NCBI GenBank assembly: GCA_008690995.1
Contig: VRMN01000014.1
Coordinates: 186,001-250,000, forward strand
Source of the DNA: Porphyridium purpureum
Lineage: Eukaryota
Length of the DNA stretch: 64,000 bases
Direction: 5' to 3'
Position 1 is the first letter of the stretch. Every line of letters begins with the position of its first letter. The notes below the pieces were generated by a model, which ran no database searches, was not told the DNA's origin, and saw only the letters and a program-made list of their open reading frames with translations. Of this stretch, positions 40,660 through 51,999 are shown one piece after another. Made by a program: the position numbers and the translations under genes.

Positions 40660-43600
40660 GTGCTGCTGTCGGAGCATTACCTTCGTGGAAAGGTTGGTAG
40701 CCGAGAAGTTGGTCTCCGAGCCTTCTGAATTGGCTTCCTTGAAGCGGTTTGGTTAGAATGTCACTAACCATGTACTGTGTTCCGCAGTGCTCGACCTGTA
40801 GCTCGCTTCTTTGTATGAGGTCGTGCACGAAAAAGTGCCGAATGTGCATGTGCCGTGCCCGCGCGGAATGAGGCCTACCCCTGCGCATCATTGCTATCGC
40901 TGACTGGTTGTCTTGCAGCAGAACCGGTGCATCACATTGGTGCCCTTGTTCTCGCAGAAAATTAGTCAGCCACAGGGCGGCTCCAATGGCGTCGCTGACT
41001 GCAAGGATTTCGGCCTCCGTTGAGTTTTTTACAAGGGCTTTTTGCTTGGAGCTCTTTGCGGTGATGGTGCCGCTGCGTAAGGATACCGCTGCACCTGTGT
41101 GTGACGCCATTTTGGGTGTACCGCAAATGCTGCGTCAATGGATGCAATAGGCCTGTGTCCGACTTCCAGATTCAGGCCCAGGTCACGGGTCAAGTTCAAA
41201 TATTCCAGAACTCGTAACAACTTGGTTGCATCTTCGACTGTTGGGCTCTCCACGCGTGTGATGAGGAAGGCCACTGGCAAGAAGATATCAGGCCTGGCTC
41301 TCTTAGCAAGATATAAGAGCCTGCACGCCATCGAGTGGTACGCATTCTTTTTCTCACCATGGAGCAAGTCGGCGTCTTTGGTGACGACAAAAATGTTGGC
41401 ATCGGCTGGGGTTGGCCTGCTGGTCGTCACTCTCGCGTCTTCTAAGATACTGTCGATGCATCCGGGCATCCGTATCTTCAAGACGCCGCGCGTTGCAAAG
41501 TCCAGAATCATGCCCAGGTAGTTGAGCTTCCTGCCGCGGTGACTCTCAACATTGTCGAAATCGTGTGATACGTCCTGCAAGAACTTGTCTATATCATTCT
41601 CAGAAGCCGCAGTGATCAGGACGTCATCGACGTGAAGAGCTATTGTCATTTGTCCGGATCTCCGTTACATGTTCCATATGCAGGGATCATAAGCGTTGGG
41701 CTTGAATCCCATCCTTTTCAGCATTGCGGTGAGTTTGTCATACCAGAGTTTCGCCGCAAGAATTGTTCCGTAGAGAGCTCGCCTGAGGGACAGTATCATC
41801 TCTCCTTTCTGATTCCTGTATTTTGCAGCTTCGGGTACCAGCGCGACAAAGACACCAGAGAGGAAACGGTTGAGCCGAATGTATGTAGGTGGGTCGCCTG
41901 GCATTTCGGCGTGCAGGAATGCACCGGGAAAGTCTGCTGTGGCAACGGAGCGGCCCTCATGAGCTGCTATCGTGGCGACAGCGAGAACTGCGTCCGTGTG
42001 TGCCGTAGGTGAAGCAGGGTCGGGGTAGAGTTCCTTATCTTGCATGTTGCCGCCTGCTACCAGTCGCGCCTTAATCTATTTCAGTGTGCCGTCAGGCCAT
42101 GTCTGTTTTTTCAGCAGCAGATGAGATGGTATGATAAGCTTCCTTTGATTGGAGGAGAGCGATGCCAGGTGCGCGGGTTCCATGACATTCTTGTCGTGTT
42201 TTGTCGTTTGGAACATCTCAGACACAATGGCCTTGAGGGCAGCACTCCCGTATTCGCGGACGGCTGCGCGTAGACGGAGGTTCAGGGCCTTCGCACGTTT
42301 GATTGCCTCGCGGTCGGCGAATTCAGCGGCGCGTTTATGCGTGCGACGTGCTTCTTCGATCCGTCTCTTCGTGACCACCGGAGGCTCATCGTTTGAATCA
42401 TCTTCTGGGGCTGGTCGCTTGCTGGGTCGCTTCATGTGGATTGCTTCTTTGTCGTCGTGCTCTTTCAAGAGCTCCTCCTCACGACGAGCAAGGAGGTCTA
42501 GTCTTCTGTCTATCTCTGCAATCTTCGATCTCGTTAGTTCACGCTTCAGTGCTTATTCTCTATTGTTGAGTTCTTGCAAGCGTGTGTCGATATCTCTCAT
42601 GCGCCGTGACGGGGACGGTTCTTCGTTCGAGTTAATCGCCGGTGGAGCCGGAGAATTCTTATGAGCATCCGCCACCTGAATGGTAGGGCGGAGCGGAGAC
42701 AAGTCATCGTCAGGCTGCTGTACCCGCTGGGTATTATTTTCACTGACTGCACGGGCTGCACCCTCTTCGACTATACCCTCGGAACTGCTTATGCCCGTAT
42801 CTCCTACACGGAGCCGATTCAGCGATTTTGGCGGCGGAGAGCAATCTATTTGCTAATCGTTTCGATCGTTGTCGGGAGTTTTGTCGAGAGCTTCCCAATG
42901 GGGTACTGCATGCACCATTATGTCTTCCACCGTGTCCAGTGGTACACTGGAAATAGTGGGCATAGTGTAGGGCTGTACAGACGGATTCTCGTCTAAAACA
43001 ATGTCATTCTCGTAATTCACAGCTTCGCATATAAGTGGAGCGATGCCGCTCTCAGGCGGTGGACCGTGATCACTTGTGAATGAAGCGGGGTTGTCGTCTT
43101 GTAGACCTGGCGCGCCTTCGTAAGGCGCTTGGTCGGCGTATGTGCACGTGTCCAGTTCATTGTCTTGCAGCGCGTCGGGCAGTGTTAGGTCCGGGTCAGT
43201 CCAGTTGTCATCCTCGTTTGGGGTCTCCTCATGGCGAGTGGCCGCAACCGAGTTCATGTGCTCAACGACCTCCAGTGGAATGGGCAGCAAGGTCCAGCGT
43301 TGGTGGACTGTTGTCCCACCGGTCGCGAGCACGTAGAATTTCCAACTTCCGGCGACGCTTTCGGTTCCGTGGAGGGATTTCCAACTTCCGGCGACGCTTT
43401 CGGTTCCGTGGAGGGATATGCACCTGACTGTTCTCGGTTCCATGGTGTTTGATGTTTTTGCACGGTGAACTTGTGCGTAGGCGCCAAACTCAAGGCGAAG
43501 GTCCCGCTCGGCGTCTGGCTTACGTCCCGTAACGATCTCCTGAGCACTGCACGCGGTATCGTTGGAAACTGTGCTACTCAACATATTTAGACCTTGCCGA

Positions 43601-45797
43601 CAGAATTCAACGGCTGCGGGCACGAGCGTGTCAGGGAGCCGAAATGGCAGGGAGCCGAAATGGCAGGGAATGCGTAGCGCATCGGACGCGTTCCTTCAGT
43701 GTGCGGATCGCTCGTTCTGCGCTCGGGACGGCTTCTGTCGCAGCTGTGAACTCAGGGATAATACCTTCGTTCATCAATTGAGTGACGATGGCCACAATGC
43801 CAGCCTCTCGATCAGATCGCAATTCTTCAATCTTGGTGCGATGAGTGTACGCGTGGGCAAGCTGCTTGCGCAGCGCATTCCCAATCTCGGCAGCCGACCT
43901 GTTGCTGATGGGCGATGCGTAGATGTACTGCGCAGGTTTCATGACAGAAACTACGAAAACCCGGCTTCCCAAAAACATCAAATCTGTGTGCAGCACTTGA
44001 ACACTCCCTGGTGGTGTTGCTGCAGACTCTGGCAGCGCGGGACTCCTATGACCAGTGCTCTTGCCCTTTATGATGGCCAGGTCCGGTCCCCACAAGTGCA
44101 TGGCGTTCTCAACGTCGCGAGCGGTAACACCGGCGTTTAAGAGTGCGCCGCTACGAATGTCCTTTAACAAGTGTCTTGACGAAGGGAATGCAAGCCTTCG
44201 TGCAAGTTGCTGTACATTTGCGGCCCGCTTTACTTCGCGTTGAGTAAGTTTGCTTTGCCAGTGTTCAGTGAGCTCGGGATCTGTGGAGGTGGTAGCAATG
44301 AATGCTTGCCGCGGAGTGTGTGGGAAGTTATCAAGGTCACGATGATAGTAACGAAAGACAGCTTTGTTCAAGACTATGCAGGTGTAGATTTCGTCTGTAC
44401 GTCGCTTGAATGTCAGCGTGTGCCCTCCGGCTGCTACTTTGAATTCGTCTTCCGCCTCGTCGTAGTGGGCGCTGTATCCATCTGCGCGCGGCTTCCCCAT
44501 TGATAACACGTTAGCAGTTACATCCTTACAGATGTATGCTAACCCAAACACAGTCTCACCGGCTAGACTTACAATCTTTGGCACTGCGGTCGCCTGGATC
44601 CCTGATATTTCCATGGGCTGAGTGGCACTCACATGCTGGGCCAGCTCGTCATCGCGTAGGATATGCTCGGTCGCGAGCGTGTCCAGGCCCACCTCCAGCT
44701 TTTGGAACTCAAATGAGTCCATCAATGTGCTGTTAAGTGTACGTCGCCCGGAGCCTGTGGCAGACTTCGGGCCGCCCCGTCATGCTTGGTCGATACTGGT
44801 CTTTTTGGCCTTCGTCTTCTCGTCCAACAGTGCACGAGCCTCTGTATGAAGTTCACGTAGCAATCGAGCATCGTCCATTGCATTGGCACCTGAAACCCTG
44901 CCCCTGCGTGGGCGGACGCGACGCGACGAGACGAAGGGCATACTCGCATACTTAGCCTGCTCGTGGTCTTCATCCACTGAACCGGCAACGTTCGTGTGGG
45001 AAACGCGCGCATGCACAGGTCGAGGAGCGCGGTAGTTGAACTCGACAAGGAATTCGTACGCGGCGTCTGCCGAACCGAGGCTCATGTCGCCGTTGCGATA
45101 GTGGGCCACCGCCTCGGCGCAATATCCGATGCTCATCTTCTCGATGAAGATGAGCGCGAGGCGCTCGCTCGACGGGACGGGCTCCCCAACATCTTGCATC
45201 ACAACCAGGGATGCATCGAATCGGGTCTTGAACTCTTGCAACGGCTCACCGACGAGGTACCTCAGCTCTTGCATTTGCTGCAGAGCGTGGTACTTGCGCT
45301 CGTCCTCGGTCTTGCCACGCGTCAAGTGCGTGACGATTACCTCTTTCAATAGGGCGAGCGGGTCGTCGCTTGCCTCCTGCAGCTTAACCCGCGTCGCTCG
45401 AAGTAAATGCGGTCTTAGACGCCGCGGATAGCTGCCCCATCACTAGGCCAAATACTTTTACCTTGGCGACTTTAAAGTCGCTCTGCCATTTGGACTGTTC
45501 CTGAAGACCGAGGCGCATTGCCTCCTTCATGGCGTAGTCTTTCAACTTTTCGTCCACCTCTGCCAGAACGGCAGGCAAGGAAAGTGCGGGGGGCTGGGGA
45601 TAGTGAGGGGCACTGCTACCAAGCTTAAAAATGCTGGCAATCTCGCCGAACTCGCGGCGGGCGTGCTGCCCGAGGGCTTCCATCCACTTGGCGACATCAT
45701 CGCCGAACTGCGCCTTTCGCTCGTGGTAGTGCAGGAGGGGAAGCGAGTCAATCAATCCCTTCTCTCGCGGAGCGCGCACCATCTTCACCTGTGCCAT
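40660..45797 (-). pseudogene. gag-pol of the middle Copia, broken by stops and frameshifts
   Basis: Consecutive ORF fragments 45384-45797, 44780-45349, 43631-44725, 42853-43623, 42076-42468, 41665-42045, 41029-41649 and 40469-41110. Confidence 0.88.
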
Positions 45798-45820
45798 TGG
45801 AAGTTTCTAAATAACACCTT

Positions 45821-46095
45821 TGTGAAAAAACCTTCCACTCTTACGAAAGTACACTTCTTCACGAAAGGTCAAAGGTGCAACTTTCACTCCCCTCTTTCTC
45901 AGCCCCTAAAACTGATGTACGAAAAGACGGTCTCTCTGGAAGGTGGATGGCTTAAGTACTCGGAGGGATGTGAATCGAGGAGCCAGACGCCGTGATCTTC
46001 GGTAGCAGCTTTGGCCTCGCTACTCTTGCCGAACTCCAGGACTCCGTTGTGCACAGTCCTGGACTGTACCTGCTCGCCCTCGTTATTCCTCGACA
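45821..46095 (-). repeat. 5' LTR of the middle Copia (275 bp, TGTCG...TCACA)
   Basis: Aligns with 40388-40647 plus 34936-34960. Confidence 0.85.
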
Positions 46096-46592
46096 GTTTG
46101 TTGCCGCCCAGAAGCCCCGATGCTTCTATCCAGAGCCCAGGCCAAACAGCTTGGCGGCTAAGCTGTCCACCTTGGACTCCTTCTCTCCCCTTTCAACAGG
46201 ACTGAAGATTACTCACCGACTAGTTTCAACGAATATGTGCTGTTACTCTCGCAATACTACCTCTGAAATTTTTCCAAACGTTAGTGGCCAGCTGGCTCGC
46301 ATTCATTTTATACCTTTCGGCTAGCCGGAGTCCGCCATCTTCCACTGTCTCGCATTTCCGCCACGTCGCCACTCCAGTCGCCACTCACACCGCCGTCACC
46401 AGTCCGCACCCTCTTCGTCACGGCGCGCTGCAAGTCCGCATCCGCTTGCCGCTTCAGCAGCGCGTTTCGAAGCGCCAGCAACAAGTTTAGGGTGATGGGT
46501 GTACAGTTGGCACTGAGGTGGGTACAGTTTATGCACGGAGTGGGGAAGCGGGAGAGGTGGACAGAAGCAGAGGCAAAGGAGCGCGCGGCTAT

Positions 46593-49346
46593 TTAATAAA
46601 TACCGTTGGTCCAGTTCTGGAACTTGTCGTACTGCTTGGATCTCCAGTTGTTGCAGCTCTCGTCGATGAGCGCGAGCACGCTTCGGATGCACTCGTGCTC
46701 CGTGCACGAGACCAGGAAGCGGCTGCGCAGCTGGTCCAGCAGCACCGAGCCGCCCTGCATGCACGGCATCACCGAGTTGCTCTCCAGCAGGATCTCGACC
46801 AGCGCGACGACCTTTTCAGAGTGTTTTCGCGCCGCAAGGAAGCCCAGCACAACCAGCTCCTTGAAGTACAGGTAGCTCGGCGACCGCTCGCCGCCCATCA
46901 CCTCGAGCAGCTCGTCCGTCAGCTTGAACGGCGCCGTCTCAAACTTGATGGCACCGGGCGAGTTGCTCAGCATGAAGCCAAAGTCAATATGTACGAGGTG
47001 CCCGTCCGTGTCCAGCATCAAGTTGCCGTTATGTCGGTCCTTGATCTGCAGAAAGTAGCAGATCAGCGAGTACGCCGCCATGCTCGAAACAAAGTTGCGC
47101 AACGCCACGCGAAACGACTTGGTCGATGGCGCACCGTACGTCCGCTCAAAGTAGTTCCGCAGGCTTGTAAAGTGAGGCGTCTTCTTCTTCACGTTGTGCA
47201 GCGACGCCGAGTTGGGCACCAGCTCAACTAGCCCGGCGTCCGCGTTCACGCACATGATGCTGAACGGCCGCACAAAGACGTCTACGTTCTCCTCTTTGAA
47301 AATCCACTCAAACTGCCGGATGAGCTGAATCGCAAGCTGCTCCTGGCGCAGGTCGTCGCCTGCCTTGACGATAAACGCGCTGAGGTGCACGTTCGGAAGT
47401 TTTCCAAACGGCGAACTGGCCAGAACACGCCGCTCCCGATCTTCCCAAAGCTCGCCATACACCACGAACTGCATAGCGTGTCGCTTCGCCAAAAACGCGT
47501 CTGCGTCCTCGTCGTCGGGCATCTCGTCCACTCGCGCAAGCACGCTCTCGCCCGTTTTCCTTCCGTACACAGATTTTTTGACGTGCTCACGCACCAGAAT
47601 GGCAGGGTCCGCAAGTTTCTGGAACGAAGCAGGAGTGGTAGCTGACGCCTGGTGAGCCGCCGAGTCTGACCTGGAGCTCTCGCCGAGACTTTTGGTGCTC
47701 TCTGCAAGACCTGTGGTGCTCATGTCAGATTCCTCCACGCCTGACGGCTGCTTTTCAATCAGGGACGACGCGTGCACGGCTTCCTCCTCTTCGCTCGCAT
47801 CGTCTGGCCCTGCAACATCGCTTGTTTCATTCGAACACCCACAACCGTCTTCGGCGGCAAACAAGTGCTCGCAGAAGATGTGCTTGTCGTGGCACGGCAT
47901 TTGAGACTTGTAAACTTCGGCAAACACCATGTATGGTGCCTTGGTCTTGGTGCTCAAAACTATCGTTTCCTTTTCCGCAATCCGGAGAATACGCAGCGCA
48001 GGGTCGTTGGCGCGTGCAAGCGGAAGGTGCAGCGCGCGCTTGGCTGCTGATTCGCCCATGGCCGCAACGGCATCAGCGTCCGGCGGCGGGTGGTCTTGAT
48101 CAAAAGGCGAAACGGCGCTCGTGCTCATTCCTGCCATCCGTCGGAGAAGAAGCATATTGCACTCGGCAAGACCCACATGGCAGGCCGCTTCACGCTCAGC
48201 GCTCGGAACGTCTCTAAGGCGCAACGAAAGTTTCACAAACGCCTTGATAAGGGACAAGATGTCATTGAAGTAGTCGAACCGCTCCTGCTTGATGGCCAAA
48301 AGAATTTCCGGTCCGTTACTTTCACTCGCAGTGTACGCCACGGGGGATGCGGGACACGGTGGCGCCGTTCCATCACCTTGTAGCGGAATGGGCGCATGAG
48401 CGTTCTGATCATGACTGTCTGCATCTCCGTTCAGCACCGCTGGTCCCTGCTCCACTGCAAAAGTATCAGAGGCTTCACCTGAGCTGCTATGGTCCACGGT
48501 CTCCGAAAGCTCAAGGCAATCTATCCGCGCGACCGCCGATGAGACGAGCGCTGACGAGGCCTCTTCTGAACTGGGCAGGGCAATGACATGCTGCTCCTCT
48601 GCGTGGACGTGTACACTCACGCTAGCGGACTCTGACGTCCGAAGGGAGCGCTGAACAAGTTTTTCATAGATGGCCGCATCATCGCCGTTCACTGCGGCAA
48701 CTTCACACATAGTGCGTAATCTGCGGCGCGAAATCTCGCTCGCTGTGTTTTTCGCGGCAATGGCGTCATCAGTTGCTGACTGGAGAAACCAGTAGACCTG
48801 TAGCGCAATTTGCATGGACTTTGAGCACCGATCAAACAGGAACATCTCGAGCGTCTTTGGGAACTCCACGTGGTGCAGGAGCAGCGAGCACAGCTGCGGC
48901 AAGTAATCCTCCATGTCAGCGTCGCGTAGGCCGTACAATTCATTGCACAGAAAGTCCTGGACGCCCGGGTTTGTGCGGTAGCGGTACAGGTACGTGACTG
49001 CCATGTAGGCGTCAAAGAACTCTGAGCGAAACAGACGCAGCAGCCCGCCCATCGACAATGAGCGGAGCCTCCGTTCCTCCTTTCGCGGCGTTGGCGCCGC
49101 GCGCGGACTCTCCTGCACACTGAGCGCATCACCGTCTGAGACGGTCACATTCAGCGTCGCGGACGTGCCGTACTCGGCGTCCAAGTTGCGCACCTGCAAC
49201 ACAAAGGTGTGCTCGGCATTGCTGTCGCTGCCACCGGGCGCCGCGACGGCATGTGCGTGCGCATGCAACGAGGCCGCATGCTGGTGCGCCGAGCCAGACG
49301 AGCTGCTGGCGCCCGTCGCGCTTTTCCAGAGCCGATACATCGGCAT
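46593..49346 (-). CDS. PI4KB: Phosphatidylinositol 4-kinase, type III beta-like
   Basis: LLRLFRSEFFD / YLPQL helical domain; IVKAGDDLRQE, QIKDRHNGN, HIDFGF, FETAPFKLT, YDKFQNWTNGIY. First ATG at 49346 (frame open to 49412). Confidence 0.95.
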   Translation of the reverse strand: MPMYRLWKSATGASSSSGSAHQHAASLHAHAHAVAAPGGSDSNAEHTFVLQVRNLDAEYGTSATLNVTVSDGDALSVQESPRAAPTPRKEERRLRSLSMGGLLRLFRSEFFDAYMAVTYLYRYRTNPGVQDFLCNELYGLRDADMEDYLPQLCSLLLHHVEFPKTLEMFLFDRCSKSMQIALQVYWFLQSATDDAIAAKNTASEISRRRLRTMCEVAAVNGDDAAIYEKLVQRSLRTSESASVSVHVHAEEQHVIALPSSEEASSALVSSAVARIDCLELSETVDHSSSGEASDTFAVEQGPAVLNGDADSHDQNAHAPIPLQGDGTAPPCPASPVAYTASESNGPEILLAIKQERFDYFNDILSLIKAFVKLSLRLRDVPSAEREAACHVGLAECNMLLLRRMAGMSTSAVSPFDQDHPPPDADAVAAMGESAAKRALHLPLARANDPALRILRIAEKETIVLSTKTKAPYMVFAEVYKSQMPCHDKHIFCEHLFAAEDGCGCSNETSDVAGPDDASEEEEAVHASSLIEKQPSGVEESDMSTTGLAESTKSLGESSRSDSAAHQASATTPASFQKLADPAILVREHVKKSVYGRKTGESVLARVDEMPDDEDADAFLAKRHAMQFVVYGELWEDRERRVLASSPFGKLPNVHLSAFIVKAGDDLRQEQLAIQLIRQFEWIFKEENVDVFVRPFSIMCVNADAGLVELVPNSASLHNVKKKTPHFTSLRNYFERTYGAPSTKSFRVALRNFVSSMAAYSLICYFLQIKDRHNGNLMLDTDGHLVHIDFGFMLSNSPGAIKFETAPFKLTDELLEVMGGERSPSYLYFKELVVLGFLAARKHSEKVVALVEILLESNSVMPCMQGGSVLLDQLRSRFLVSCTEHECIRSVLALIDESCNNWRSKQYDKFQNWTNGIY

Positions 49347-49501
49347 TGAATTCCCGCTAGGCCGGCCTTCGTCGTCCAACCCGCACGCCCGCCCTCTCGT
49401 GTCGCGCACCACGACGTGTAACCGCCAGCGCGAAACCGCTTAAACCATTAAGCCGTTAAGTCGCTTAGCCATTTAGCTGGTAAACCGTTTGCTTTGGATT
49501 T

Positions 49502-50953
49502 TTATGAGGAGAGTTTGACTGCCCACTGGAAGATCTCGAGCTTGCGCGTCGAGTATGGCGCGTATCGGAGGGCGAGGTCTGGCCACCAAGCACGCCGCAT
49601 GACGGCCTTGTTGTGGCTGAACGTGTTGAAGCCGTGCTGTCCCGTGTAGCAGCCCATGCCGCTCGCGCCCACGCCGCCAAACGGCAGCTCAGGCACCGAC
49701 ATGAAGAACATGGTGTCGTTGATGCACATGCTGCCGCAGCTCACCTGCTGCTCGAAGCGCGTCTCGACCGCCGCGTCCTTGGTGAATAGGTAGGCCGCCA
49801 GCGGCTTGTCGCGTGCGCGGATGAACCGCATTGCTGATTCGAGGTCCTCCATTCGCATCACCGGCAGCACCGGCCCGAAAATTTCTTCCTGCATTGCTGC
49901 ACAGTCGGCGCTCACGTCCGTCAGCACAGTCGGCGCTATGTACCGCGAGTCTGCATTCGCGTGTCCTCCGACCGCCACATTCACACGATCGTCTTGGATC
50001 AGTGCAAGCACCCGCTCAAAGTGGCGCGCATTCACAATGCGCCCAAAGCTCTCTGACTGTTCGGGCTCCTCGCCAAACATTTCTGTGATGGTCCTCTGCA
50101 GCGCCGCCACCAGCTGCTTCTCGAGACTTGCGCTACCGACCAAAATCACATAGTCGGGCGCAATGCATGTTTGTCCGGCGTTCATAAACTTGCCCCATGC
50201 AATGCGGCGCGCCGCGACGCTCAGGTCCGCGTCCGCCATCACGACGCACGGGCTCTTTCCACCCAGTTCCAGCGTAACGGGCGTAAGGTGTTTGGCGGCG
50301 GCTGCCAGCACGATGCGTCCTATGGCGCCGCCGCCCGTGTACAAGATATGATCCCACGGCATCTCGAGCAAACACGTGGTTTCGTGCACAGCACCCGTCA
50401 CCACCTTGACACATTCTGGGTCCAAGTACTCGGCAACCAGACGCGCGAGCAGCGCAGAGGATGCTGGCGCAAGCTCGGAGGGCTTGATCACTGCGCAGTT
50501 GCCCGCAGCCAGCACAGCGGCGAGGCCGGCAAGCGGCAGCTGCAACGGATAGTTCCACGGCGAGATGATCAGCACAAGACCGAGCGGCTCGGCGAGCGTC
50601 CACGAACGCGCCGGAAGGCCCAGCAGCGGCGTGCTGACGCGGCGCCTGGCGGCCCACTTCCGCAGGTTCCTCCGCAAGTACTTTGCCTCCTGCATGACCA
50701 TGCCAATCTCTCCAAACCACGCCTCCATGCGGGGCTTGCCGAGGTCGGCCATGAGCGCGTCCGCCAGCTCATTCTCACGCTCCGCCATCATGCGCTCGAG
50801 CGCCAGCAGCTGCCGCTCGCGCCACGCGACATCTGCGGTGCGGCCGGTCTCGAACACGCCGCGCAGTCCCTGCTGCAGCGCTGCAAACTCCATCATGCCC
50901 GCGCGCTCCACATCCCACCCGCCTCCGTGCCGCCTGCGCCCTCCAACCGCCAT
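49502..50953 (-). CDS. ALDH3: Aldehyde dehydrogenase, family 3-like
   Basis: EPLGLVLIISPWNYP, KPSE, LELGGKSP, NAGQTCIAPDY, EEIFGP, LPFGGVGASG. Confidence 0.95.
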   Translation of the reverse strand: MAVGGRRRHGGGWDVERAGMMEFAALQQGLRGVFETGRTADVAWRERQLLALERMMAERENELADALMADLGKPRMEAWFGEIGMVMQEAKYLRRNLRKWAARRRVSTPLLGLPARSWTLAEPLGLVLIISPWNYPLQLPLAGLAAVLAAGNCAVIKPSELAPASSALLARLVAEYLDPECVKVVTGAVHETTCLLEMPWDHILYTGGGAIGRIVLAAAAKHLTPVTLELGGKSPCVVMADADLSVAARRIAWGKFMNAGQTCIAPDYVILVGSASLEKQLVAALQRTITEMFGEEPEQSESFGRIVNARHFERVLALIQDDRVNVAVGGHANADSRYIAPTVLTDVSADCAAMQEEIFGPVLPVMRMEDLESAMRFIRARDKPLAAYLFTKDAAVETRFEQQVSCGSMCINDTMFFMSVPELPFGGVGASGMGCYTGQHGFNTFSHNKAVMRRAWWPDLALRYAPYSTRKLEIFQWAVKLSS

Positions 50954-51999
50954 CCCCTCGTCTAGGGTTCCTCCACAGCCCTGGAAACCCTAGCCCGTTT
51001 GCACGGCACACCACGCGCGAGCGCTCGGCGGGAGGCCCGCTAGCCGACGTGCGCAGGACGCGTATCTGTGCGCGGACACCTTCACTTGTCCAGCCGCACT
51101 CAGCGCAGCTCGTCCCACTCGTCCACTCCTTCCGTAAAAACCGGTGGCGCGCTCCGCCCAGTCTGGCGACTGGCTCCGCGAGGTTTCGGTGCGAATTGTA
51201 ACGAGCCTGCAGAGCTCGGTTGGCGATGAACAGAGTCGACGCTGCAGCTGGCGTTCCCGAACTGCAAGGCCATGCCACTAACGTGCTGCAAGCTGACTCT
51301 GGAAACCCGCGTAGGCACTCGTTTTAACGTGCAATTTCTTCTTCCTCGTGACTGACTCAAACGTAAGCGACTCGAAGCCGGACAAGAGTAAAGTGAGGTT
51401 CCTGCTTTAATTCCTGGCTGCTTCTGACGACGTGGCGACCGCGATGGCCCGTCTGTCCCGTTCTCAACTGCGATTGCGATGGAAGTTTGAGAGCGATAAG
51501 ATTCAGAGTAGAACTTTTTTACCTTGTCAATTTCACAACTTTGTTTTGTTCTGCTCTGCCCTTTTCTGCTCTGCTCTCTTCTGCCGCTTCTGCGTTGCAC
51601 TCAGCCGCTCGAGGCATGCCGCCTGTCATGTTCACGCGTGCGGCACGTGGTGCGCGTCTGGCGCCCGTGCCGACGTCCCAGCACGCACTATCCATTTATT
51701 CACGCGCACTACATTAAATAATAAAAATTAAATAATAAACATTAAATAATGCCAGCGCGCGCGGAAGCCGGCCGGTGGCGCGCCTGCAGCGCAGAAAGCG
51801 CGGCGTGTGAGTGCGAAGGACAGACGAGCGGGACTGTGCGGCGCGGCGTGGAGCGGAGCGGCGCGTGCGGGCAGCGCCATTGGTTTCGCGGCACCTGGCA
51901 TTTACCACGGCTCGTGCGCGGGGTCCGGCTGCGGTAGAATTGGGCGTGCGTGGAAGTGTTGTTGGGCGTTGCAGAGCGGCTCGAGCGTGCGTTGTGGCC

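Larger units (their letters stand above)
34936..46095 (-). mobile_element. Middle Copia element (decayed, full length); 5' LTR 45821-46095, 3' LTR split into 34936-34960 and 40388-40647
   Basis: The two LTR copies align. TSD CTTTG (34931-34935) / GTTTG (46096-46100). PPT GGGGGGTG before TGTCGAGG. Gag from 45797; protease LDTLAT; integrase HTDLMF, SDRE, AERAIRTLKER; RT HVDD; RNase H STEAE, DILTKPL. Confidence 0.9.
34911..46483 (-). mobile_element. Outer solo LTR (~410 bp; pieces 34911-34935 and 46096-~46483), split by nested insertions
   Basis: On the minus strand: TGTTG start, TGGCGGAC.CCG...GGTATAAAATG core and GATTAAACAACA end. The core and end are shared with the LTR at 61499-61916. TSD not recovered, so the 46483 boundary is approximate. 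Confidence 0.65.

Noticed and set aside
46321..46338. Minus-strand ATG in good context, as a gene disrupted by the nested block
   Set aside because: It stops after five codons, and the surrounding sequence matches the LTR TATA region of the 61499-61916 family.
51000..51740. Possible small gene between ALDH and the DEAD-box helicase
   Set aside because: Only short, low-complexity ORFs; no convincing splice pattern or homology.
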